Origin: Paraphysomonas bandaiensis
Lineage: Eukaryota > Protista > Chrysophyceae
DNA length: 64,000 bases
Direction of reading: 5' to 3'
Assembly (NCBI GenBank): GCA_965644295.1
Contig: CBFFRP010000134.1
Location: forward strand, 1-64,000
Positions 1 through 11,826 of this stretch are shown piece after piece (positions within the stretch are counted from its first letter, which is position 1; each line of letters begins with the position of its first letter). Below the pieces are notes generated by a model. It saw only the letters and a list, made by a program, of their open reading frames with translations. It ran no database searches and was not told the origin of the DNA. A program made the translations under genes and the position numbers.

Positions 1-57
1 ATATATTTTTATAAAATTGTGAAATCAAGGTTTTTATATAAAAATTGGGACGTTTTT

Positions 58-168
58 GCTTTAAGCATATTCGCCATTATATCACTACAACTACATTCCA
101 GAGCTTTAAGCATATTCGCCATTATATCACTACAACTACATTCCAGAGCTTTAAGCATTGCCATTATA
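58..168. repeat. 45-bp tandem repeat, ~2.4 copies
   Basis: GCTTTAAGCATATTCGCCATTATATCACTACAACTACATTCCAGA at 58 and 103, partial third copy at 148. Confidence 0.9.
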
Positions 169-727
169 CATTATTATAAAAAAGTCATATAGATAACAAA
201 GTAGATTTAATAAGTAGTTTTAATGGTAGAATCCCGGGGTTTTATAACCTTTACAAATTTAAATTATTTTTCATTTTAATTTTTCCCTCCCCCTATATCT
301 ACTATTAAATCTACTTATTAAATCTACTTTACTATCTATATTACTTTTTATTATAAACATTATAAATAATATATAAAGTAATTAATTTTATTTAAGAATA
401 TAAATAATATATAAAGTAATTAAAAGTTATTAATAATATATAAAGTAATTAAAAATATATAAAGTTAAATTAGCAAAGAGAAGGAATTACAACCGAAGGT
501 TGTAATTGGAAACACTCGAAGAGAAGAGGCCCCTTGAGGGGCAGTGGGGTAGAAAAAGGCTTGCCCTTGTCCTCTCCTCCTCGTTTTTTCATTGTCTAAC
601 AGAATCGATAAAAATTTTAATTTAGTAAGAACAAATGACACTTTTTAGTTTATTAGGAAAAATGGAAAATTTAGTAGAGACAAATATATCCTCAATCTAA
701 TATTCCAACTTGGCCTGTCGTCTAAAT

Positions 728-769
728 CAGGGATAGGGAACAATATATTGTAAAATATATTGATTGGTG
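728..769. mobile_element. Solo terminal fragment of the hAT family found at 58379-59325
   Basis: CAGGGATAGGGAACAATATATTG equals the TIR at 58379; the following TAAAATATATTGATTGGTG matches the reverse complement of that element's right subterminal region. Confidence 0.75.
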
Positions 770-1002
770 CACGTATACAGTGATATTTCTACTACTAGGT
801 TGTTATTGGAAGTGTGAATAATATATATGCGAGTTAATTATGAGTTGAAAAATTCTACCGCATTTCTTGGTTTCTTATTACACTGTTATATAACTTGAAG
901 TACCAGAAGTGATGGGCCGAACCGATCGTGCAGATATATATAGTAAAATAGTATTAACACATTTATGTAGCCCATCAATACAAACACAAGTCATAGGACA
1001 AG

Positions 1003-1294
1003 TTATTTGCCTTTTTTCTTTTTCCCTCCGGTGCCGCCCTCTCCTGCTTCCGCCGCAGCTTTCTTTTTAGCAATTTTTTCGGCAAGTGCTTTAGCGTCAT
1101 TCTCATTACGCTTCAAAGGATCTCCATTCTTCTTCTCTCCTTTACCAGCATGTCTATTTAGTGCCCGCTGTCGGTCAACCTCCCTGTATATATATTATAA
1201 CAGCATATATATATACATATATGTATACAAAGAGATACATACATATACTATGGTAGTATAGTAAACTACAGTACCTCTGATTTCCTCTCGTCAT
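1003..1294 (-). CDS. SERF: Small EDRK-rich factor (SERF/4F5 family); exons 1294-1275 and 1183-1003
   Basis: Spliced product MTRGNQR-EVDRQRALNRHAGKGEKKNGDPLKRNENDAKALAEKIAKKKAAAEAGEGGTGGKKKKGK*; MTRGNQR start is the family hallmark; GT-AG intron keeps frame. Confidence 0.9.
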
Positions 1295-1905
1295 TATGAT
1301 CAAATCAAATCTAGGTGTAAGGTGAAAGGCTTGGTGCTTGTAGTATGCACTGCTGCACCTAACAGGAAACACCACGATCACTGTCAATTAATGGTAGTCA
1401 AGTTTCAGGGTCGTAGAGGTAACTGCACAGCACTGTAGCAGTTGAGTCTAGTATACACATACATACAGTACGTATAGATCTATGTGTATACGGGCCTATC
1501 CAGTAGATGGGGTGGTAGGGCTCATATGGTTGTGTCATATGGTCCCGTCCACTGTGTTCTAGAACAAACACAAGCATACAACATAAATACAGGAATACTT
1601 TGAAATACACTCTGTTTGCGTCGAAAATTCTTGGAGGATTTCTTGGAAAAGAACAAAAACATGTAGTTGAAGTATACCAAAATACCGGACGGAAGATATG
1701 AGACTACACAGGGACAGGGTCCATACAGCAGAACATCCACACACCAACATCAGCACGAGGGTATCCAAATTTAGGATACCAACTACGGCGGTGTGACGTA
1801 TTCAGATATATACGATCACCATTATCATCATTATCATCATTATACAGCGATTCCAAGTGGGAAATTAGCAATAAACGGAAACGAAACCAACTCTTTCTAA
1901 TCCTC

Positions 1906-3390
1906 ATGTCATCGTTAAGCTCCTTTATCGCACAGTATCAATTTGGTGATATCTCAAGATATCTTTGGTATGGTGGTATGTTATGTTTGCTTCTCGTATT
2001 AGTGTCATTCATGTAATGAAGGTAAAAAGAAAAAGGAAGATCTTACAGAAGAAGAAAAACAGCAGGTGATATTACTCGATAGTTGTGTTGTCATATACTC
2101 CTAAACACTTCACAGAGAGATATCTACAAGAATCATAGAAGACAATTCCGCGACGCAGTGGATGCAGTGCTTTCTGGTGCCTCTATTACGCAACAACAGA
2201 TCGATCAGCTATGGGATTTATCGAAGCATCTAAAGGCTCACCATGCCGCTAAAATACTCGCGAAATGCTTGCAGTCTATCAGCTCAGCGTCGACGAGGAC
2301 AGACGATCCGCAAGCAGAGGACAAGTTTCGTATGGTTTTTAAGATGCTATTGGTTGGTGATATGATTACTGCGAAGCAGCTCGAGTTGATTGCTACAGCT
2401 GCTTCTAATTTAACACGGGAAACTGTTACCAGAATTTGTAGTGAAGAATTGACCAAGGCATATGAACAACGCCAAGCTGCGATCGAGGTATATTAAATAT
2501 TTTGCATTCATGTCAGTAACATCGAAGTTCACAGGCAGCTAAAGCAAAAGAAATCGAATTTTGTGATAAGTTTGGGGAAGTTCTGCGAGTTGCAGTCGAC
2601 AGTTCATCCTTGTCAGATGACATGTTTTGTCTTTTGGTAAATGCTTCACATACACTGCCACCACATCTAGTTGAAGCTATGATGAAAAGGTGTGCACCCT
2701 ATACAGCAGATGTATTTTATTTTGCATTGAATGTGTAGTACAATGGTTTCGGATTGTATATTTTAAACTTTGGAATATTTATCTGGAGTCAGCTGGTGAT
2801 TGATTTGTACAGACTGAATACCTCATGGGAAGCTCTGCATGCGAAGCACAACGCCAACTCATTACCATCCAATATTTCATCAAGCGCTGTTTCATCTGCT
2901 GTTCCAGCACCTCTGCCCAAGCCGTCTTACCCTCCGTCTGCCCCAGTCACCAGTCCATCAGAACCGGAAAGTTCAACTACAAACACTGGGAAGGATTCAC
3001 ATGCTCCCACGCGTCGTCTCAGTGAGGGACTCCTTTCGGATATTACCCGTCGCCCAGCTCTTCGCTCTTCGTCGAACTCTACAGAAGCTGAGACATCTTC
3101 TTCTAATACCTCAAGACGGAGTAGCTTGTCAGGTCTAGTTCTAGCTGATATTGCCGGTGGAAAAAACAAACTGAAAAAAGTCAGCAGTCCGAGTGAGAGC
3201 AACGCGAAAACTAATGGAGTAAATAAGTCAAAATCAGCGGTAAGTTATTCTGAAAGCGTTAAGTTATTCGATTAATGATATATATGTGTAGCTGGTACAG
3301 CAGTTAAGCGACATGATGGCTGAGCGACGCATTTACACTGTACCTGATAGCGATGAAGGTGGTGACGAAAGTGACAATGAAGAGTGGTAG
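1906..3390 (+). CDS. Multi-exon WASP/WAVE-like actin nucleation-promoting factor (Pro-rich, 2x WH2, C, A) with unrecognised helical N-terminus
   Basis: Joins ORFs 2083 and 2754 via GT-AG introns; WH2-like LLSDITRRPALRSS and VLADIAGGKNKLKKV; last exon LVQQLSDMMAERRIYTVPDSDEGGDESDNEEW* (central helix plus acidic tail ending in Trp). Confidence 0.8.
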
Positions 3391-5123
3391 ATGCGATTAA
3401 TGTTGTCTGGTGGACTCATATTTTACGCGTGATTTTGAATCAATGTTTTTTTTCTTTCTACGTCCTACTACTAAGTAGAGCGACTTGTATTGGAAAATGA
3501 CAGTAATTCAACGAAGACACATGGGATGGTCTTTGTACTCTGAAAAACTGTAGCTCTATAGTATCTATTGTGATATTAATTATTAATATACGAATGTTGT
3601 AACGTACTTCATAAGATATCGAAATACTGTGAAACTACTGGCTCAAACAGGGGATAAAGATGGAAGAATCATGATTCACTACTGCATTCTGCATTGCAAT
3701 ATGGTAGGATTGTAGTTATGTATTTTATTAGTGTGGATTCATCTTGTGAGGAAGAATGTATGAACAGTTAGTAGGCTTACTTTTAGACTTCTTAATCACG
3801 GGTTATATTGTCCCGAGCTCTTAAGTTGAAACGACGACAAGAAGAAGCCTGAGTTTCATAGAAACCGAGCTTTTAAAATTTAGATATTAATCTATTCCTT
3901 ATCCTTATTCCTGAGGTTTAAAACCTAATTTATCTAGAGGAGTGTATAGCTACTAGTACCTTCCTTGCTGTTAGATGAAATAGGTGTGTGATGATGAACA
4001 CTAGGAAAACAAAGTTAAAAATCAAAGTATTGTTTCAAATTAACGGCAGCTACATACAGGAATGACAAGTGAACTTGATTAACTTAAACCGATACACCCC
4101 CGAATTTCAATAATTATACCCCTACCACAGTAGTATGCTGAGGGAATAGCAAACTGCGAAGTGTAGACTTTCGCACTTAAATGTGGTGATAAATGTGAAA
4201 AATTGAAGTCCCACGAGATTCCTTGTTGTCGCTGGCATCATAAACACATTTTTATAAACAACACGCTTAATCTCTGCTAGTGTAATTGATTCATCGTTGT
4301 GGTTTCCTTAAAACTGTGTAATATAGTGAACTCACATACAAATGACTGTCAATGTCATAATTAAGGTAGAAATGAGTTTCTATTGAACCGAATATTGATG
4401 TTGTATTAGCACCGAGTATGTCTGTATTTGGTTGGTGCTGATATGAGCTTTCTGTTTAACCCAATTCAGGTGAAAAAACACTTTCTTCATACAAAACGGA
4501 GATAAAAAGTAACGCACATATCTGAACTACCTCTGCATAGTGTAAACGCTATGTAGCTATATTACATCATAGTCACCTATCCCAGGTGATGTCACTGACT
4601 AGAACTAATAGTTACTTCATACTCCCATATAAATCATATTCAGTCTATAATATGGATGTTAGTACACGTATAATGAACACACTGTGAGCCTTATGACACC
4701 ACATGCCGTGTATTAGCCCGCGGTCTAACCCGACATTACAGTAACATATAGAAAAACACGTTACAATATTCACGCCTTAAAGTGTCGATACACAGTGACC
4801 CATTCTAGATCATGAGACTTGAAGTAGTCTCACGTACTATTTTTTATTTAGATGGATAGTATACACTGTATACGGTCAGTAGAACTCCTGTATATTGCAG
4901 TTGCACAGTAGCTATATACACACCAATTGTTCCGTTGTATTTTTTGCCACGTGGCATATCATCGCACGTATATTCTTACTACACATTCCTCATATGGTTC
5001 CAATATTATGGGAATGTTCTGCAATAATCCCGATTTTTCAGACCAACGACACCAAACTGCTGTCAAAATTTCACAAGACCATAATATAGATACCAATCGA
5101 CCTTCAATATTTAACAAGTGATA

Positions 5124-5579
5124 ATGGAGTATTCTTTTGATCAAGATATGAGTGAATTGAATGTGGATGCTAAGCCGTTTGTTCCTGGTCAGCATTTCTC
5201 TTCATCTAAGGCCCAGGAGGTCATCGATATGGTTCCTATCTCCAATATAGCCCCCACATTATTTGAGGAGAGATCGACTCTACCGAATACGTATAGTCAG
5301 AGTGCAAGACATGGACATCCGGAACTATTGAAGTACATGCCGCAGCCTCTCCCGTCATCGCACGGTAGGAGACAGTCACTGCAGAAGATGCAGAAAGGGG
5401 TCCTCCCACAGCACTATACATACCGCCAGCCCAGTAACCAAACGAGTCATATTCATGGAAGTGGATCGGATGCTTATCTTCGTTATCAAACCAATCAGAG
5501 ATATGGTAGATCAACCGTGCATCAGGTCCATCACAGCCCACCTAGGCAGACCTACAATCGATATGCGTATGCCCATTGA
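5124..5579 (+). CDS. Small low-complexity protein with PAM2 (PABP-interacting) motif
   Basis: SELNVDAKPFVPG fits the PAM2 consensus SxLNxxAxxFxP; remainder rich in Q/H/S/Y/P. Confidence 0.7.
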   Translation: MEYSFDQDMSELNVDAKPFVPGQHFSSSKAQEVIDMVPISNIAPTLFEERSTLPNTYSQSARHGHPELLKYMPQPLPSSHGRRQSLQKMQKGVLPQHYTYRQPSNQTSHIHGSGSDAYLRYQTNQRYGRSTVHQVHHSPPRQTYNRYAYAH

Positions 5580-6070
5580 GGGTATCTGTATTACCCCCAT
5601 TGAGTATTACCGATACATTTAGAGATTATTCAGTATGTAAAATTTATTAGTATCGCTGACAAACATCCACTGTGGTGATTTGTACGACTGTTTTAAGCGA
5701 AATTTTAGACAATTTTCTTTTTGTGGTGTAAAAGTAATTTACCGACAAGTTTGTCAATGTGTTCCATGTTCTTGTGAGATAATAACCCCTGATAGTGGTC
5801 TAGATATGTATTTCTATAGAAATATAATAGCAGTAATAATGTTGCCGTGCTAGGAAGCATGTTGCTGTACTGTAGCTTCCATGTTCTATGTGTGAACAAT
5901 GAAGTATCATAGGAGGTAAGCCCACAACATCATACGGTCTGGGGGAGAGACTCGGGCGTCCTCAGCTGCCTTTAGTGTGTGTGTTAGGCTGAGGCATAGG
6001 GTGTGTGTGGAAGAAAGATAACGGCAAGGTATCAGAGACAAATCTATACCACTCTCTCTTGAATAGAGAC

Positions 6071-6630
6071 AAAGTCTTATTGTTAGCAATAGGCGTTAAG
6101 AATAAGCACTAGTTTAGTAGTTAAAAAAACTACTCAAGCTAGATAGACGTCTACCTGTAACTAACTAGTACAAACGTACAAACCTATTACCCTACTATTT
6201 AACGCTACGGAGGCCGCAAAAACCAAGGTGCAACTACGTCCGCTCTATTCCTCAAAGCAAATAACGTGAGCAAGCAGAATGTTGATATACCTGACATCTG
6301 CTGATTTCAGGTTTTTTTAGTCTTTAAGGTGAACATACCGAATGAATGACTTCAGCAGGAAGCTCAATACCCCCGTTACTCTTCAGGTGGGCCTTAATTC
6401 GGATGAACTTGAGGTGTGCCTATTTCCGGATGCCTCTTTATTCGTCAGGGCCCACAGACGTCTACGTAAGTGACACCTATATTAGTGTCCCTAAGCATTT
6501 GACTATGAGTGGGCAGAACAATATCTGCTGTCTATACATGCTGCTCACGTTAGTTTTCCGGAGGAACATCTCCAGTACTTATCTCCCAGAACACCACGAA
6601 AAGGTGCGAGTCCGACTTTGTTGAGGGAAT
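6071..6630 (-). mobile_element. SINE-like dispersed repeat, longest copy (body plus LINE-shared tail)
   Basis: Shares TAGCAATAGGCGTT...CCTACTATTTTAACGCTACG...CAAGGTGCAAC with 34125-34315; shares CCTGACATCTGCTGA and CTATGAGTGGGC body with the 37k, 48k and (partly) 56.9k copies; no intact ORF. Confidence 0.7.
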
Positions 6631-7744
6631 ATATACCATCAGTATCCTAATATAAAATATAATTCACCTAAAGGATGTTGTACGACTATTTGTTTCTATA
6701 TTGGTTAGGCCGAAAACATGAAACATCCATTAACTCTTTAACATAAACAGCATTAACTACTAGTTGAACATGAATTTCTCCATAAGTAACATAAATTTCA
6801 TGAATTTCTATATAATCTGTGAAATGCATCTATGTATTCATTTATAACCATTCCATCAACTTTTATACTTTACTCTTATAATTAATGATTTATTAGTACT
6901 TGGAATACATCGTACCATTATTAACAGAACATGCAACAACATAATCAATCACTACAGTGTTCAGCATTTTATCATACACAGTCATATCATACACCATCAC
7001 ACAACATAGAACATATCACACACCATCATCACACACTACTTTATCTAATCTAATAGATAAACTATTTCTTACGTACAGCTTAGCATTATACAGTGCCATA
7101 TTATATTACACACCGTACAGAATTTTAATCACATATATCATACAGCACCATACTGTACACCACCCTATCCACATCATATCACATCATACCATAATATATA
7201 CAGCCCTTCACCGTTAGTCTACATGCAGCCTTATATATAGTAAACCTTGACCACTAACTGCATATCTCATCTCACGGTTCATGAAATAAGATGATAGGAA
7301 CCTGGCATTCACGGACTCATTAATGTGTATCTGCTGCATATGGCTGTCTCATCATACTATTCATAGCTAGCTATATATACATGTACTTAATGGATACTAA
7401 GGGATGTGTACAGCCTATCATACTATAATCACATCAATCAATTGGATCACTCCATGGACGCACCCTTTGTGTACAAAAAAAATCCGTACCTCCAGCATGC
7501 GGGAGTTAATTTTCTCAGCAAAAAAGTATATTTTATATACATCTGTATTTACAAATTCCAGTGGATTGACAAAATCCAGTGAATTTGGGCAACAAATCCA
7601 GCACTTTTTTTCGTCTAAAAAACAGCACATTGATGATCGATCGTCCCATCATGGGGCACCAGCCCGTAATCAGCTCACTGGAACCATATGAGATCGTGAT
7701 CCCAATCGACCGCACATTAGACACCATATCAGAGAGGTTTAACA

Positions 7745-9703
7745 ATGGTGAACCTCAGTCAAACCTCTTTGCTTCTCTCAGCTGTGGTGTTATCTTCTCT
7801 GGTGTCTGCTATTGTGTTCTTTTCACTGGTCACTCTTTATGAGGTCAACAGTGTCAACACTGGCAGCTTGTTGACACCTGAGAGTCATTATGTAACGTCG
7901 AATGTATCATCAGATGTTCTCTCTACTAGTCAGAGAGGTGCATTGAAAGTTACAGAAATGAACTCTGAGCTATCAACAGGAGGACATACACCACCGTCGT
8001 ATCAGTGCACTGCATCTGAGAAGAAATTCCAGTTTGATAATACGGATTTCATGCACGCTTCTATATGTGATACACTAACTGTGTGGCGACTAGCTCAATT
8101 AAGCCTGCCGGATGCTACTACATTTATAGACGTTGGAGGCAATAGAGGGTATATTAGTGCCACCATGTTTGCTTTGTGGTCACCGGGAGATAATTTTAAT
8201 CCGATTGCGTTAAAGAAGGCGATCACAAATGATTTGGAAAAAAAAATAACGAATAATACTGGTAAAGCGATGTACTGTGAAATAAAGCAAAAGTATATGA
8301 TTATAATCGTTCTGGTTTGATTATCTATTGTATTACATTGGTTTCATGTATAGTACTACAATGAATCAATAAAATGTTGCTACATGATGTAATTCATAGT
8401 TCTACAATTGTAATATAATATAATAATATAATGGAATAATGGAATGTCATGCAGATAACATCGACACAGTGTGTGGGTCTGGGATGACACCAGTCACACC
8501 AATCATATGCCAGGGGCGTGATATGACAAAGAGCAAGAGTGCAAGGTGCTCGTTCAGACGACCGATTCAAGTCTATGCATTCGATGGGCAACGTGGCCAT
8601 GTTGAGGATCAACGAGGGACTGTATATAGGCATTTCCCGCATTTGAGCCCATCTACACCTCCGTCAATCGGCGACATGAAATCCACCTGGGTAAGTCACT
8701 ATATATATGCAACGCCAGACATAAATGCTATACATAAAGCCTTTGTATATATTAGCCAGAAAGTATGTGCAATTGTGCGCTTTATGTGATTGTCAACATC
8801 GAATATATATTTTATGTTTATCTTATATCTGTTATGGCGGTCGTTCTATTGTCAATGGTACGGATTTCTACAAGTGTTCAGGTAATATCTGCTACGCAGG
8901 AATTCACACACGCAGCTGTAACCGATGTGGTAAAACCAGGCGAAAATTATGGATATTTTACAACTGTAACCCATGAAGGTGGCAAGTTAATTAAAGGGGT
9001 TAAACAAGGGGAGGTTCCCAGTGGTGCGGAGCTTGTTCCCCTAACTACAGTTGATAAATTTTGCAGTCTGCGAAAGCTGGATCGAGTTGATATAATTAAA
9101 ATAGACGCTGAAGGGTCTGATTTGAGTGTTATACGTGGTTCATTTGATACTTTGAAAAATCGTGGAGTGAAGATGATAACATATGAGTATTCGAATTCAC
9201 AAGCAGATGAGTTTTCGAAGATGATTCATACTCTAGATACAGAGTTTGGCTTTGATTGTTTCCATGGAACAGAGAAAGATATATTAATTCGAGTCACAAA
9301 TTGCTGGGATCCGGTAGCAGCTGCAGCCACAAGTCCTGAAAAGACACCTTGCATGACAAACTGTCCCGTCCTGCACCACAAACCCAATAATCGACTGGGA
9401 GGAAATGGTTATTGTGTGCATCGTCTTCGTGCACATGCATTATGGAGTTTACTTGATGACATGAGCCTACATAAGTATGCTGATAAGAAGAGAGGTGACA
9501 TTCATAAGGACGCGTTACTGGGTCAGCACTGGGCTACGTTTGAGAAGGATGACAGTGGAAACTTAGCAATAAGAAACTCCGATTTTGCCAGGTCAGAAAA
9601 ATCTTCGTTTTTGAGAAACTATGGTAGAGATCATGATAAAGATCCTAGTCTGACACCATGGCTGCGAAGACGGTTATCATTGCGTGGTAGTTACCCAATC
9701 TAG
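7745..9703 (+). CDS. FkbM-family (Methyltransf_21) SAM methyltransferase with N-terminal membrane anchor; exons 7745-8261, 8455-8690, 8900-9703
   Basis: FIDVGGNRG SAM motif; TTVDKF...VDIIKIDAEGSDLSVIRG...ITYEY FkbM signature; hydrophobic N-terminus; splice phases consistent. Confidence 0.85.
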
Positions 9704-10194
9704 TACGCTTGTACTCATGGCAGATAGCTGCAATGTTGGTAACAGATAAAATACATATTTTTGAATCTTTAAAAACACGTGTAATATCAGAGAGAAACAA
9801 TTCTCTTTTACACCTAATAGGCCGTAGTAAATCTAGTCTACTATAACAAATCCAAGTTGCTAACTCATCTATACACTGCGTGAGCTACTGGATGCATGGT
9901 GTTGTCGTGACTCACGTATATCGTATATCACTTAATTCATATTATCGGTGGGACATATTATGCCATAGTAGATATTAGCATATTCCATATTAGGTACCCA
10001 GTACATATAGGTACTGCGAACTAACTGTAGGTACTTTGTACTTTGTGTCTCAGTGAGACATCGATTCATATCTCGCTTCCTCTTCTGAGTCACACACTGA
10101 TACTTTTATATTTGTAGGATGTCACACCCCTTCTAGGGGCTCGACCCCGTTTATAGGTTCATAGCTAACTACTGTTGCTTTAGTATAGTCTTCA

Positions 10195-11080
10195 GGTGGC
10201 AGCAGTCTTTAGTCTCTTACTGATGGCATGGAATGTCACATACATCACACACAGGTAACTTTGCTTTGTTATCACCTCTGTTTTCTGTGATCTTGTTCCC
10301 TTCATCCACTTTATAAATGCCCTGGAGTCTTGCACTCTAGGGCGAAGTGACCTAGGTTTTTGCACCTGATTCCCTTAATTTGTGCTATATATATTTACTG
10401 TCGCCCACTGCTTGATTGGCACTGTCTTTTCCTGAACTTTGTATTATTGCATGCTTGCCGAATGAAGTGTTTTCTTATATATACCATATATATGTGATAG
10501 GTGGGAATATCTTTAGTCTGTGAGATCTTCCGTAACTTCATATATATAGTGATCTTGTCACCTTCCGTAACTTTATACGACCTAGATTCTCAAAGACCTT
10601 TGCCTGGGCTTCAACGCTGTCGACGGACTCTGCTCCTGGATGACTTGAGGTAAGAACTTTGTAACCTCTGCCTGTACTGTATTATTTTCAACATTAAGAA
10701 ATCACTCTTTACAGTGCCTGTAGTATAACCCTTCTGCTGTATTTTCTTCGAAGCGAGCTGCTGTTGTGCCTGCTTTTATGGATGAGCATTTTACTCTCTC
10801 ATGAGGAAAGAGTAAGCGATCTCGTTCCGGGTGTTCCAGAGTGTCTTCGCTTTGCATAGTCGTCTCTCCTGTCCATCGGTCATTTGGGCTCTCACTGGAA
10901 CTGTGTAAAATCTAGATCATGAATGAGCCTGAGTTTACCCTTTGAGAGGACGAGGTGGGCTCATGAGATATTATATGAAAAACTTCTTGAAGGTCTTGAA
11001 GGTCTTGAAGTTCAGTTTCTGGAAGAGGGAGGTACCTTTGAGCTTGAGGCTACATTTGTGAAATTTCCATCCGCTGCCAT
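10195..11080 (-). pseudogene. Degraded LTR-retrotransposon (copia-like) gag relic
   Basis: Interrupted minus-strand frames with LWNTRNEIAYSFL, ESVDSVEAQAKVFENLG and a broken zinc knuckle CDVCDIPCH..TKDC; many stops. Confidence 0.4.
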
Positions 11081-11826
11081 ATTAAATTATACTTGTAATA
11101 TCACAATACTGACTGAATTATATTGACTATTTATCATTATCACACAATTAAGACTGTTTAGAGAAGATTATAGTAATCAAACTAGATAGACTCTTTTTTA
11201 TTAAATTGCATACACAATTGTGCGTCAACAACATGATAATACATACATTTCGTTCTCAGCTTCAGAATCTTGAATCGTCATACTTCAGTGACACAGTTAA
11301 GCTGCGATATAGTATCTTTACCTATGTATTACTGTTTTTCACATTGTATTTAACATATTCTACAATACTGTCTTAGAGAAACATGCGTATTTCAACAAAT
11401 TAATATAATATAGTGAAATGCATAGTGATGTTGTACTGTGATATTGTGGAAGCACATCAATCACCAACATCAGTATTCTATTCTTCGAATCCTATCTGTA
11501 ACAGCAACTATATTTTCTGTTTCTTAGTATACTTTCAATATAGCTACTCCTATATTGTAGTCCTGTAGATTCTGTATTTCGTTGCTACATAGAATACAGG
11601 ATAGCCACTAGCGATAGTAGGAGTTGGTTGTAGTCTAATAATCTGCGTTAACATAGCAATCATGCTAAACTACACGATAAACATTCATAGGAGTTACGAG
11701 AGCTTTGTTGACAAAAAGATATATAACGTAAACGGTTACATGTTGCTTCAAATTGAATCGAATTCATCAGCGAAATATATTATACGAAATTAAATGCTTT
11801 TCTAAATGCAAAAATATATAAACTCC

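Noticed and set aside
58-168. CRISPR-like array
   Set aside because: Contiguous identical units with no spacers, no cas genes, eukaryotic context
1398-1907. Several short minus-strand ORFs
   Set aside because: Lie in the divergent promoter between SERF and the VCA gene; no coherent spliced product or motif
6071-6630. RNase P/MRP RNA, Helitron end or Fanzor omega-RNA identity for the repeat family
   Set aside because: Only short chance-level motif similarity; CTAG end not conserved across copies; associated ORFs are RNase H plus CCHC, not RuvC or Rep/helicase
6957-7217. 86-aa H/T/I/Y-rich ORF
   Set aside because: Degenerate CA-rich low-complexity DNA with a non-ATG start
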